Assembly: GCA_017499595.2 (NCBI GenBank)
Contig: CM039007.1
Span: 124,001-188,000, forward strand
DNA: 64,000 nt
Reading direction: 5' to 3'
Source: Psilocybe cubensis
Taxonomy: Eukaryota
The notes below the pieces were generated by a model. That model was not told where the DNA came from, did no database searches, and was given only the letters and a program-made list of their open reading frames with translations. Below, piece after piece: positions 48,018-59,842 of this stretch (positions are counted from its first letter, which is position 1; each line of letters opens with the position of its first letter). A program made the position numbers and the translations under genes.

Positions 48018-49427
48018 ATGTGAGGATCATACCCTGTTCTCCAATGCTTCAACTACTCTCCCGATCCATATTTCCTACTTGACAATCTCTTGTGTACAAT
48101 TATACGCCACCATGCAATACGAAACGATTTCATTTAGCTATTTATCTGTTTTCCAGAAAGTTGAGAACGAACTGCTTCAATTGACTTATTATGAATGACT
48201 TCCGGACAGCGCTTCACTCCATCGCTGACTTTTCTGAGTGTATATTCATCCTGTTCAGACAGTGGTGCGAAGTGGCGCTTCGGACGCAATAAACAAAACT
48301 TGTCCTCCGTGCCGAAGACCGGCTTGGGAGAACCAAGGTCACAGGCCCTGCGTTCGAACCCCTGCGTGAACCGAAGTTTCAACTGCACCAAACTTTGTTC
48401 TCCCCCCTCCCATTCACCTCATGCTTCCCTTTTCCACACATAATTGGTTCTCTCTTTCAATTTTTTAAGCCATAGTTCATACTCAGCCTTCCAAGACATC
48501 ACGACGATAAACCACTGTGGGTATGATCGTACGACGCATCCGGTTCCGGAACTCGTCGGGTGGGCTTGGGTCCTGGGACGGTGTGGCTACTTGTACTCTG
48601 GACAGAGTATAAGTCTTAGCCATATGCCCGATTTCTCACAGAGGGGTTCCACCTTGTGCATAGGAGTGTGATAACTAGAACGCATCGCAGGTTCGTCATC
48701 TTCTATGTGTTCTATATCTCCCTATCTTTCCCCTTGCCATGGCTAATGAAGCTGCTTAATAGCAGCCGTTCTTGTTCTTATGAGCAGAAATGCCTAGATA
48801 TCGTTTCATTATACGTCCTCGTGTCCCATTCTGGTTGATTCAGGAAATCTGCTAGGGCAGTGAATGACATGTGAAATCCATTTTTGGCGCAGTCGCTGAT
48901 GAAGTGAATGCGAGAGCCTTCGACCACCACTAATCAATTTTGAAGAATCTCCACGGTGCAGCTGCTCTCTATCTCATACACACCATGAAAGTCTTCTGGG
49001 CACATTAAGACCAAATCACCTGGCGAAAATCGTGTAACTCGACTACCTAAACCAGAAACATCCCTGTTTTGAACTCCAAATCTCGCATTGGCGTGGGCCG
49101 TATCACGCATTACAGAGTGCTTTTTGCCACACCGAGCGTAACTTGCATGGTGCGGAATCACCTGTGTCCGACATGGTCTTTATTGGAAACAGGTAAGCAC
49201 AAGTTTTTTCCAGCGCGGGTGTACATGTTAAGAATCAGGCTGGGCTGGCTAATGTCTGGAAGTATATCGTCATTCGTGTCTCTTGCTCTCTCATCTACCG
49301 TCAATTTCTGCTCCTGTCTCGCTTTCATATCGTATAAGGCTCGTACCATTTCTGTGGGTCATTAGTCCAGTTATCTGTCTTCTTTTGATAGCCTAATTTA
49401 TCCTCGCCTCAGTGACACAACCGACCA

Positions 49428-51068
49428 ATGCCAATCGCTACTTTCAATTCCCCAGTGCGATTTAGCACATTTTCGAAGAGGCGGTCGAAACTCTCACCAG
49501 TGATTGGATATCCAGACGCATTACCTCATCCGCAGCATCACCATCAACATCAATTGGCACACAATCGGCGCCTTCCAGCCCTCCAATTGTGCTCAGACGT
49601 TCTTGAGTACATATTCCTGTTGGCCGCGGAACGGGAATACACAACGGATAACCCTCGTCGAACCATCATCTCCTATTCTCACATATGCCACGACTGGCGT
49701 GCCATCGTTCTGTCGCTCAAAAGGCTCTGGTCACGCCTTGTCGATTTCGAAGAAGCTTCATGCGAATGGAACTTAGAAATGCTGCGTAGATCGCATCCTC
49801 TGCCTATTCGCGTGTCCTACAACGCCACCCTTGCTCCACGCAATGCACAGGTGCTCAAGCTGCAAATGGACTGTCTGGACAGGATCCGCAGCTATACCCT
49901 GTGCTGCCCGGACACGGACTGGGACCTCCTTGTCGCGCTGCTGGACAGCAGACCCGCGCCCTCCCTGGAGAAGCTCTCCATCACATGTTGTCGCTCGTTT
50001 GGCGCGATCGGCTCCCGGCCCGCCCTGCTTCCAGTATCATTGTTCGGTGGATGTGCGCCCAACCTCAGGCGCTTGTATCTCAACGAGTGTGGGATTGATT
50101 TCCGAGCAGCACGGTTCTTGAGATCCCTGACATCGTTACAGGTCGTGGATCTCAGCTACGATATTGCGCCTACGGCTCTAGAGTGGTTAGATATCCTTCA
50201 GGATATGCCGAAGCTAACTCAATTATCACTTCAAGGTGCTATATTACCCTCTCAGTATCGACCACAACGACTTGCCCGAATCAACGGCGATCAGGATGGG
50301 TACACTGTGCCCATAATTACCAACCTTAACCTTGATGGGTCTCTTTCTGATATTGCTTTCGTAGTGGATAACCTCGTAATGCCTCCTAGTTGTCATTGGA
50401 CATTGACATGCTCCGATTGCATACCTGGATCAAGTCTCGATCTTCTTATTGACTCTCTCACAAAATTCATTGACGACTCGACGTATATACCCGCAATTTC
50501 GACACGCCACCTCTCAATAGCAGCGCAAACCTCTAACATATTCCTGACCAGCGAAATAGCTTCTCCTGGTTCTAACAAAGAGGCTCCAGTGGGATTCTAC
50601 ATCAATCTTCGCACACGCTCCCATACTCAATGGGACACCCTCTTCCCTATAGTCGCATCCGGACTATCAGAAATCATTCCCATCATTACATCCCTCGAAC
50701 TCGCTCTCCCAATCGCTCATCCATCTTTACTCCCTCTTCTCCGCCGAGCCTCGTCGCTGGACATGCTCATGAGACTGTCAGGGAAACTGTCAAAGACGTT
50801 ACTTCCTGCGTTCCAGTCGCTCACTCCCACGGGTGGCCTACTGCTCCCTTCATTACGCAGCATCGTCTTCACTGATGACTCTTTAGTCTGGGGGGAAAGT
50901 TACCGCAACCTTCTGTCGTTCCTGAGGTGGCGATCTCAGATGGGCGCTCCGATCCAGCGTGTGTTCTTCTTGAGATGCTTTGTCCTCGAAGCCGTCGTAA
51001 AGGAACTTAATTCGTTGGGTGTGAGCGTTGAAGGTGCATTGGAAGGACTTCGTTGGCAGAACCTATAA
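49428..51068 (+). CDS. F-box / LRR-like protein, 546 aa, intronless
   Basis: F-box-like LCSDVLEYIF...SHICHDWRAIV...LWS followed by LRR-like units (APSLEKLSI, APNLRRLYL, LTSLQV, MPKLTQLSL). Confidence 0.85.
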   Translation: MPIATFNSPVRFSTFSKRRSKLSPVIGYPDALPHPQHHHQHQLAHNRRLPALQLCSDVLEYIFLLAAEREYTTDNPRRTIISYSHICHDWRAIVLSLKRLWSRLVDFEEASCEWNLEMLRRSHPLPIRVSYNATLAPRNAQVLKLQMDCLDRIRSYTLCCPDTDWDLLVALLDSRPAPSLEKLSITCCRSFGAIGSRPALLPVSLFGGCAPNLRRLYLNECGIDFRAARFLRSLTSLQVVDLSYDIAPTALEWLDILQDMPKLTQLSLQGAILPSQYRPQRLARINGDQDGYTVPIITNLNLDGSLSDIAFVVDNLVMPPSCHWTLTCSDCIPGSSLDLLIDSLTKFIDDSTYIPAISTRHLSIAAQTSNIFLTSEIASPGSNKEAPVGFYINLRTRSHTQWDTLFPIVASGLSEIIPIITSLELALPIAHPSLLPLLRRASSLDMLMRLSGKLSKTLLPAFQSLTPTGGLLLPSLRSIVFTDDSLVWGESYRNLLSFLRWRSQMGAPIQRVFFLRCFVLEAVVKELNSLGVSVEGALEGLRWQNL

Positions 51069-51256
51069 TTTATGCACCGATATTTATTCTTAACCTACAA
51101 TATATTTATCTGTTCTCAATGTTGTACAACCTTCACAGTCAAAATTCATATGACGAGTTCTTTCGGACAAGCGATCATCTCATGCATATAAGCCTAGATA
51201 AGTCTTTGGATATACGGAAGAGGTTAAGTTCGTAAGTTACTGTGGTCAAGCTTGTG

Positions 51257-53721
51257 TCATATAATGGAATAGTGCCTGCAGCATCGTATGACTACTATAG
51301 TAGCAAATGAACCCACAATACCACATAGCGTATGAATCAAGGCAATGAGGGAAGCCTGTTTAAAGTATGCAAATGCAGGCGCTGATTTCTGGAGTTCAAG
51401 CTCAAAATCATCCGCAAATTTGGACAAGTATCCCAAGAACAGTACTATCGAGAGTCTGACATGAGCAATATGGAAAGAAATTAAATGCGGTGGTAGTTCA
51501 AAATTAACTCGTCGACTCACATCAGCCATACGTGAACAACCTCACTCTCCTCATTCGACTCATTTGCTGTACCGGGTGCGATAGTAATGAATGGTTCATC
51601 TTCAAGAAAGCGTAATACGACATGAAAAACTATTTCGAGGAGTAGGTTCCATCCCCAGAAAAGGAATACAAACACCCACAAGAACAGATTTTCTAATGTG
51701 CCGCTTTCTCCGTTCTTTGAACCTGCATCAGCAAAAGTGACCAGACCCCCAAATGCCTTGGGAGCCTTATAAGGCATGCCAATGTTTTACGTGACACAGT
51801 AATGTCACACAAAACATTTGGGCAACATTTGGGAACACTCAAATCATTTGGTGGTCATTTGGAGGCCCCACAAACATTTTTGAAGCACAAAACAAGCACC
51901 AAATAATTTCTAGTAACTACAATTTACAAAAAAAAATTTGTACACTGTGCAACCTTGAAGGAATCATTTAACAAAATTAAAAGAGGTCACAAAACATTTG
52001 GTTTTACACTTCGGTTATGAGAAATGTTTACAGGACTTTCAAATGCTGATGAAATAATTCATCCACACCAAAATTTACTGGATATACAGCCACATTAGTT
52101 CTAATTAGAATTCTGTACAGTTGGTCACCCGGTCTGTACAATTTCTCGACTGTCAACGAAGTCACAATGCGATCAGCGTGAATCGGAGTGAATCGGAGAT
52201 CAAATATTTGTTTGTTTGTGCATAATAATCTCTTTCAACCCCCGTTTCTTTCTTTCCACATACTCTCATGTTCACTACTCCGGCGACGCTTGGTGGGACT
52301 TGGGCTTGGACTTTTCAACTTTAAGTCTTTGTATATCATAGCTGAATCTAACTCACAGGTAATTCTGCCACTTCCTTTCTGATTAGATTATCCTCAACTG
52401 ACCATGTATCTGCCTTTCCATAGACCGTTCTCCTTCTGCCTTAGATCTACTGGATATCCGGCTTGGTATATAATCATTCACTAGTTCCCGAACTTTTAGG
52501 TGAGTATATGCGCACTTCTGCACACACATCTTGCTTACATCATGCAACCAAAGTAGCTCCTATAATTCATGGCTACCATCTATTGATGACATCGTCTCAG
52601 CATCATTTTGTTATTTAACCACTTTCTCGTTTCTCTGTACCTTTTGGAGTCATGTTGTAGTATAAGTTTTCTTAATGCAACAAGTTCTTTTTACTTGCTA
52701 TGATAATCTGAGGGATCCACTAAATAATGAACCATATGAACTGTGTGAAACATTTAAATACTGGCAAATGTTTGCCAAATGTTTTTGGGACTTCCAAATG
52801 TTGCCTAAATGTTACGGACACTCTCAAATTTTAACCAAATGATTTGGCTATATTTAATACTACCTAAAACATTTGCTTTAAATAAACAATTCGAAGCCTT
52901 TCAGTCTTTGGAGTCTCTCGTTACGAACCGCACAATGCCTTTCGGGCATTGGGGCCTTTGGACGCCTCCAAATGCCTTGTCAAGGCATTTGGGGATCCGG
53001 GCACTTTTGCTGATGTGTGTGAACTTCGAAAGTGAAAACATTGCCAATGCACGGTCAGGCTATTGTGGATGGGTATCCTACGGGGCATCTTACTTACCTA
53101 TCATTATCACTATTGAAATAAGAAATAGAACAAATGTAAATGTATTGTTCCATGGTACGTCATATTCCACTGTGATGATAACGCACCTACTAGTATCCAT
53201 TGAATGCCACAAAGAAAAAACATTATTGATGATTTGAAAGCAAATTTACTGGTCCAGTGTATGATTCTCAATAAATGAGGATTGTGTTTTAGTAACCAAG
53301 GAAATGAATTTGGACATTCATTCTCATATGCAGATATCCAATAAGCTCTGCATGATGAATTAGATCGTCAGTGCATGGAATAAGGCGGAAAACTCCACTG
53401 TCAGCAATAGACGTACATAAGCGCCCAAGAAACTCCAAGAACACAGTCAAGGACAGTAGGCGCTATCGACCGTCCTTGCAGAACCAAGACAGTCTTGGAG
53501 ATTCCGATCCCCAAGATAAGTATCGTGTTTAAAACTCTCCACAGATTCACAATCACCGCTGGACTTGGTCGGTCTTCCGGAATTGAGCTCAAAGGTGAAG
53601 ACCTTAGTCCAATTAAGTACAACATAACATCCGTCTTGAAGAAAGACCTGAAAATATATCAGACGTACTCCAAGATAAGATCTGCGCGATCAATTTGGTC
53701 TTCAGGATCTAAATCGGACAT
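51257..53721 (-). CDS. Membrane protein paralog A1 (contains a 1,290-bp TE at an intron acceptor; may be disabled)
   Basis: MSDLDPEDQIDRADLILE|...VIVNLWRVLNTILILGIGISKT..APTVLDCVLGVSWALI|AYWISAYE..WLLKHNP; a 12-nt microexon at 53098-53109; the last exons lie at 51722-51257, beyond the TE. Confidence 0.65.
51726..53015. mobile_element. Non-autonomous TIR element, CMC/EnSpm-like, 1,290 bp (copy 1)
   Basis: Imperfect 35-bp TIRs beginning CATCAGCAAAAGTG, a 2-bp TSD (TG/TG), many subterminal CAAATG/CATTTG repeats, and no transposase ORF. Confidence 0.9.
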
Positions 53722-53790
53722 TCGAACTCGTGCTGTAGTGGGGTATCGGGGAAGTTGTTGGGAAGGTTGAATGACACTGACAGTATCTTT

Positions 53791-55080
53791 CATCAGCAAA
53801 AGTGACCAGACCCCCAAATGCCTTGGGAGCCTTATAAGGCATGCCAATGTTTTACGTGACACAGTAATGTCACACAAAACATTTGGGCAACATTTGGGAA
53901 CACTCAAATCATTTGGTGGTCATTTGGAGGCCCCACAAACATTTTTGAAGCACAAAACAAGCACCAAATAATTTCTAGTAACTACAATTTACAAAAAAAA
54001 ATTTGTACACTGTGCAACCTTGAAGGAATCATTTAACAAAATTAAAAGAGGTCACAAAACATTTGGTTTTACACTTCGGTTATGAGAAATGTTTACAGGA
54101 CTTTCAAATGCTGATGAAATAATTCATCCACACCAAAATTTACTGGATATACAGCCACATTAGTTCTAATTAGAATTCTGTACAGTTGGTCACCCGGTCT
54201 GTACAATTTCTCGACTGTCAACGAAGTCACAATGCGATCAGCGTGAATCGGAGTAAATCGGAGATCAAATATTTGTTTGTTTGTGCATAATAATCTCTTT
54301 CAACCCCCGTTTCTTTCTTTCCACATACTCTCATGTTCACTACTCCGGCGACGCTTGGTGGGACTTGGGCTTGGACTTTTCAACTTTAAGTCTTTGTATA
54401 TCATAGCTGAATCTAACTCACAGGTAATTCTGCCACTTTCTTTCTGATTAGATTATCCTCAACTGACCATGTATCTGCCTTTCCATAGACCGTTCTCCTT
54501 CTGCCTTAGATCTACTGGATATCCGGCTTGGTATATAATCATTCACTAGTTCCCGAACTTTTAGGTGAGTATATGCGCACTTCTGCACACACATCTTGCT
54601 TACATCATGCAACCAAAGTAGCTCCTATAATTCATGGCTACCATCTATTGATGACATCGTCTCAGCATCATTTTGTTATTTAACCACTTTCTCGTTTCTC
54701 TGTACCTTTTGGAGTCATGTTGTAGTATAAGTTTTCTTAATGCAACAAGTTCTTTTTACTTGCTATGATAATCTGAGGGATCCACTAAATAATGAACCAT
54801 GTGAACTGTGTGAAACATTTAAATACTGGCAAATGTTTGCCAAATGTTTTTGGGACTTCCAAATGTTGCCTAAATGTTACGGACACTCTCAAATTTTAAC
54901 CAAATGATTTGGCTATATTTAATACTACCTAAAACATTTGCTTTAAATAAACAATTCGAAGCCTTTCAGTCTTTGGAGTCTCTCGTTACGAACCGCACAA
55001 TGCCTTTCGGGCATTGGGGCCTTTGGACGCCTCCAAATGCCTTGTCAAGGCATTTGGGGATCCGGGCACTTTTGCTGATG
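53791..55080. mobile_element. Non-autonomous TIR element, CMC/EnSpm-like, 1,290 bp (copy 2)
   Basis: Same orientation and nearly identical to copy 1 (three substitutions noticed), with a different 2-bp TSD (TT/TT). Confidence 0.9.
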
Positions 55081-55436
55081 TTATAGGAGGGCAAGTACTA
55101 AATTTAGAACATGCACATTCCGCATCGCCTTGATATGCTAAATAGTTCGATCATATATAGGCGACAGAGAGTAAGCATGCTGTGTTACATGTATATAGAA
55201 TGGAGTAAGATTCTGGCACCATAAAGGAAGCAGCACCACATGTGTAGGTGCCCCGCAATCCCCCGGTTGGGTACTTGTAATAGTGAGTCTCGCGTTCTCT
55301 CAGATTCCCACTTGAGATGGAACTCTACATGTACTCACTTTTTTGACCTTTTGATTCCTTTCAGGCTCAATTTTTTGATGTGGTTCGCACTAATAATCAC
55401 CTGGGCCTTGCGTAGTTGTGTCACTAATTGGTTACA

Positions 55437-56561
55437 CTAGTGGTAAAATAGGCAGAAAACTATGAGGGAGAACATGGAGTTAAGCGCAGAAAATGGATCA
55501 AGCCTTACAAAGTATCCAAACAAGACTAATATTAACTGTATGGCTGCGTAAAATATAGCATCTTTTAAAAAGGCCGATGCTACTGTCAATGTGCCTGGAT
55601 GGCCCATTTGCTCTAATACTTCATACCAGTTTACGTAGATTTCGCAGATGTAACCACAGCGGGTGTTGTATACAATTGATACAATTGTGGCTACACTATA
55701 TGAGAGTCAATTTGGGAAATTTCAACCGGCGACATTGAACTCACATTGGAAAAGTATACATGGCATTATAGTCCTCATCGTAGGTCCACAGACTAATATG
55801 ATTTAGAAAAATGGTTCCTAGCCATATTAGAAGCATTGACGGGATACTTAGTACTGTATTCGATGTACCGCCTTCATCAGAAGATGAAAACATCACTGCA
55901 GTGGCACGGAATGTCAATGCGTTGTTCAAGAGAATATTCATAAGCACAACACATACGTATCAATACAACTGTTGAAAAAGCGCGATTTTGTGTGCGTGAG
56001 TAGGGTATGTTGTTATTACCGTCGTACTTTTATGGCTCACCTAGCCATTGGATTGAATATACCACGAGCAATGCAAATACTTTTGACGTATTGACGACAA
56101 CAAACCATGCTGCGTTTGCTAGTCGCGGGTTATGTTTCAAAAGCCAGGAACACGACTCTGGAGATTCAGCCTCAAATGCAGAGACCCAATAAGAGCTAAG
56201 GAATATCGTCAAACTAGGACGTGATCACAAATTTTAACATTGTACATACACAATTGCCCAAATGACACCGAGAGCCCAGTCAAGAATGGTTGGTGCTATT
56301 GTCTCTCCTTGTAACGCAGCAACCGTTTTCCAAATACCCAGTGCAATGATAAGGAGAGTGTTGAATATCCTCCAGATGTTCACAGTGACCCCTCGTCTAG
56401 CTCTAGATCCATCTGTCATCAAACGGCTGATAATTCTTTGTTCAAGCCTGAGGAACCAGCGTCAAGTCAGTGCTGCATTAGCTACAGAGTACGCTTGATG
56501 TTACATACAGAAAGGGTCTTGAAATATCGACATCTCTCCTCTGCTCATCAAATTCAGACAT
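55437..56561 (-). CDS. Membrane protein paralog B1
   Basis: MSEFDEQRRDVDISRPFL|..GVTVNIWRIFNTLLIIALGIWKT..APTILDWALGVIWAI|SYWVSAFEAESPESCSWLLKHNP.. ending ..LIVFCLFYH*. Confidence 0.72.
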
Positions 56562-57214
56562 CGTAAATGGTTGAAGCTTATGCTGGAAGTGTCACAGCAG
56601 GCATATGACAGAGACTTCCGAACGCAATCACGCGTAAATGACAAAAAGGGCAGTGAATTAGCCATCTTATATGGATTTCAAGGACAGCAATAGTCAGCAT
56701 CGCTAATGCATGTCATGTCCTTGGTCGTTGACGTAAAGGTCTGCGGAATCAAATGTTTCTATGTTTAGTACTGGAACTGTCAGACGAGTCTGGAAAACTC
56801 TCCATATTTCGCTGGATATTGTCAGTTCTCTAAGCATATCTTGTAGTCCGCCTGGAGCACCGAGCTTAGCAGCCATCGGGCAGCCGATGGACCTGGGGAA
56901 CCCCTACATTGGAACCACTATTCGTCTACCTATATGACTACTGGCCCAGAGTAGAAGCTACATCAGTATTGAGATCTTTAGGGTCCAATTCGGATATTCG
57001 TAGTAGTGCAGGGGAGATGCTAAATTTAGGACATTGAAGTTTGGCATCGCCTTGATAAACTACGTGATTCGATCATTTACAGGAGGTGACAGATAATCCT
57101 AATAGTTTGCAGCCTCTGAATTCATAGCTCAAATTGAATTTAAAGGCCTGGACGCTTTGACCAACCCTGTAAGTTTCATTTATTATGAAACATTTAAAGG
57201 ACTTGGACTCACAT

Positions 57215-57877
57215 CAACTGAACCCCCTCAATCCCATCAATTTCAACACGGTATCCAATAAGAAAAGGAAGATAATGTTCCATGCCATGAAAGTGCAAAA
57301 AAGTAGCAATGCGATCACCCAGCTTAATACGCTCCGGAGCGAAGCATCTTCCAATTTCTTCACACCTTTAGAAATCGTTAATTCAGTCGCACATTAACAA
57401 AGAGGTCGCCCCGCGAGTCGTTGTATGACGACTTACATATCCATACCACTAATCAAGGGTTGTCAAATATGTCAGCCGGTTAAGCGATTGGGTTTTTTCA
57501 AAGGGTTCACCTAACCAATGGATAGAACACAGAGAAAAAACGATAGATAATTTGACGACCCATTGTATTTTTCTCATCAAACCTGAATTATGTTTCAAGA
57601 GCCAAGGCCATGTATCCGGTGATTCACTCTCAAGTGCGGACACCCAATAAGCTCTGCGGTATAACCAGTCAGTTTCATAGTCTAAAAATGAGACATACTG
57701 TGCTACGTACGCAAGTGCCCAAGCAACTCCAAAAATGCATTCAAGGACAGTGGGTGCTACCGACTGTCCTTGAAGCACTAAAAGAGTTTTCGCAGTACCA
57801 ACTGCAAAGATGAGGAGCGTATTCAAAACCCTCCATGGATTCACAATGACCGCCGAGATGTTTTGCTCTTCCGTCAT
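57215..57877 (-). CDS. Membrane protein paralog A2 (shorter; 3' end uncertain, possibly truncated)
   Basis: MTEEQNISAVIVNPWRVLNTLLIFAVGTAKT..APTVLECIFGVAWAL|AYWVSALESESP..WLLKHN; a 12-nt microexon at 57437-57448 is homologous to that of A1. Confidence 0.6.
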
Positions 57878-58246
57878 TTCAAAAGTTGGATAGCTTCATA
57901 ACAACACGTGTGATCAATCTTTGAGTAAAATAGAGGCCTGGCATTCAACGCACTACCAAATTGCGACAGATGTATTTTCTTTTGATGGTAAACCTTTCTT
58001 GCAGCAGACTTATAAAAAGGGAGTAGAAAAGTCCGGTAAAGGTAGGACCTAATGACACTGGACAGCTATATATTGGGTTGGATTTTTTAAAATTAGCACA
58101 CATACTTCGGCGTGCCTGCTGGTGTCAGGAAGAATGTCTTGCGGAAGCAGTGCGGTGAACCCTGGCAATTTCGACCTTACATATTTACATATTGCCCTTG
58201 TCACGTCGTAAAACTAGCATTTTATATAACAAACGTTTTACATGAC

Positions 58247-59427
58247 TCACCAACTGCATGTAATATAGAATGTGATGAGTGAAAACTGTAAGTTAAGGGC
58301 AGAATAACCCTCAAGCTTTACATAGTAACCCGCTAAGGCTACCAGTAGCTGTATTGCTGCATATACTGCAGCGTCCTTCAAATAAGCCGGCGCTGCGACT
58401 AGTGCGCCAGGAGGATCTATTTGCTTTACAACATAATTGGTGGATTCCATCATCTCTCGTAATTTGTACCAACCTATGTAGAACTCGCAGATGTAGCCGC
58501 AGCGAATGTCGTATATAATTGCTACAATAGTGCAAGCTCTGTATCAAAAACACTCATTTGTTAGCCAGGTAATAAAATACCTTTGACTTCATAAACCAAC
58601 AAAGCAAACTCACATTGGAACAGTAAATATTTGATTGAAATCTTCAGCATAGAACCACATGCTGATATAGTTGATGAAAATGACCCATAGCCATATGAGA
58701 AGTAATGTTGTGACCCTTAACACCGTGATGAGCGTGCCGCCTCCATCAGGGATAGAGAACGTCCCTGGCGTCGGTGAAATTGTGAGTACAACGCTCAACA
58801 GTTTATTCATGGACGTGCACATACGTATTGATACAGCTACCAGAATTCCACGGTTGTTTATACATGTGAGAAGGTTTGATGCTATTTCAGTTTAAGATTC
58901 TGAGTCTCACCTATCCAATGGACCGAGTACACCATAAACAAAGCGGACATTTTCAAGGTGTTCAGGATGACCCACCACGTCGCTTTCGATAAGCGGGGAT
59001 TATGCTTTAAAAGCCAAGAACACGATTCTGGAGATTCGGTCTCAAATGCAGAAACCCAATAAGCACTGGAACATTGTAAGCATTCAAGGACGCCGCCACA
59101 AACGAAATAGCTATAGTCTGTCTTACACAATTGCCCAAATGACCCCAAGGACCCAGTCAAGGATAGTCGGTGCGATTGTCTGTCCTTGTAATGCGGCGAC
59201 TGTTTTTCCAATTCCTAGTCCGAGGATTAAAAGGGTATTGGACACCCTCCAGACATTCACGGTGACCCCTTGTCTAGAACTAGGCTCATCTATCATAAAA
59301 TGACTGATGTCCCTGACTTCAGGTCTGAGGGGAATAAGCTTGGAATCGGATACACGGCCATTAATTTGACGTACGAAGGAGGTTCAGTTATGTTATCATT
59401 GAGGTTTTGCTCTTCAATTTCAGACAT
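58247..59427 (-). CDS. Membrane protein paralog B2
   Basis: MSEIEEQNLNDNITEPP|..GVTVNVWRVSNTLLILGLGIGKT..APTILDWVLGVIWAI|AYWVSAFETESPESCSWLLKHNP; exon-by-exon similar to B1, including upstream GTTGACGTAAAGGTCTGCGGA. Confidence 0.72.
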
Positions 59428-59842
59428 GAAAGATTATCACCAGAAATTGAGAGAAGCGAACCACCTATCTTATATGGACTTCAAGGACGAGCATGTTGAG
59501 CGTCGCCTATACGTGTCATCGCCTTGAACGTTGACGTAAAGGTCTGCGGAGTCGAATTCAGTGTTGGGCTGTCAAAGTGCTGGGGGCTATGCATTAGGCG
59601 CCTCCACCTGGAGCTCTAATTGCATTCCTTCTTTTAAACTTCTTAATCGCGCTCTGTCAGAGCCGCAGACTTCCACATCAAGAAGCTTCATGTTAACAAT
59701 GTTAACAAAAGTGTACGCAGTTATTCACATCTAGTTGAGGTTTTGGGTTGGCCCTGACTTTAAATAGCTCTGAATATAATCAAAAGCGATGTCATAGTAT
59801 CGATTGAATGGCCAATACCCCAACGTACAAAAACGCCCATGC

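Noticed and set aside
48340-48370. GTTCGAACC B-box-like motif
   Set aside because: No T-stem pairing, properly spaced A-box or cloverleaf.
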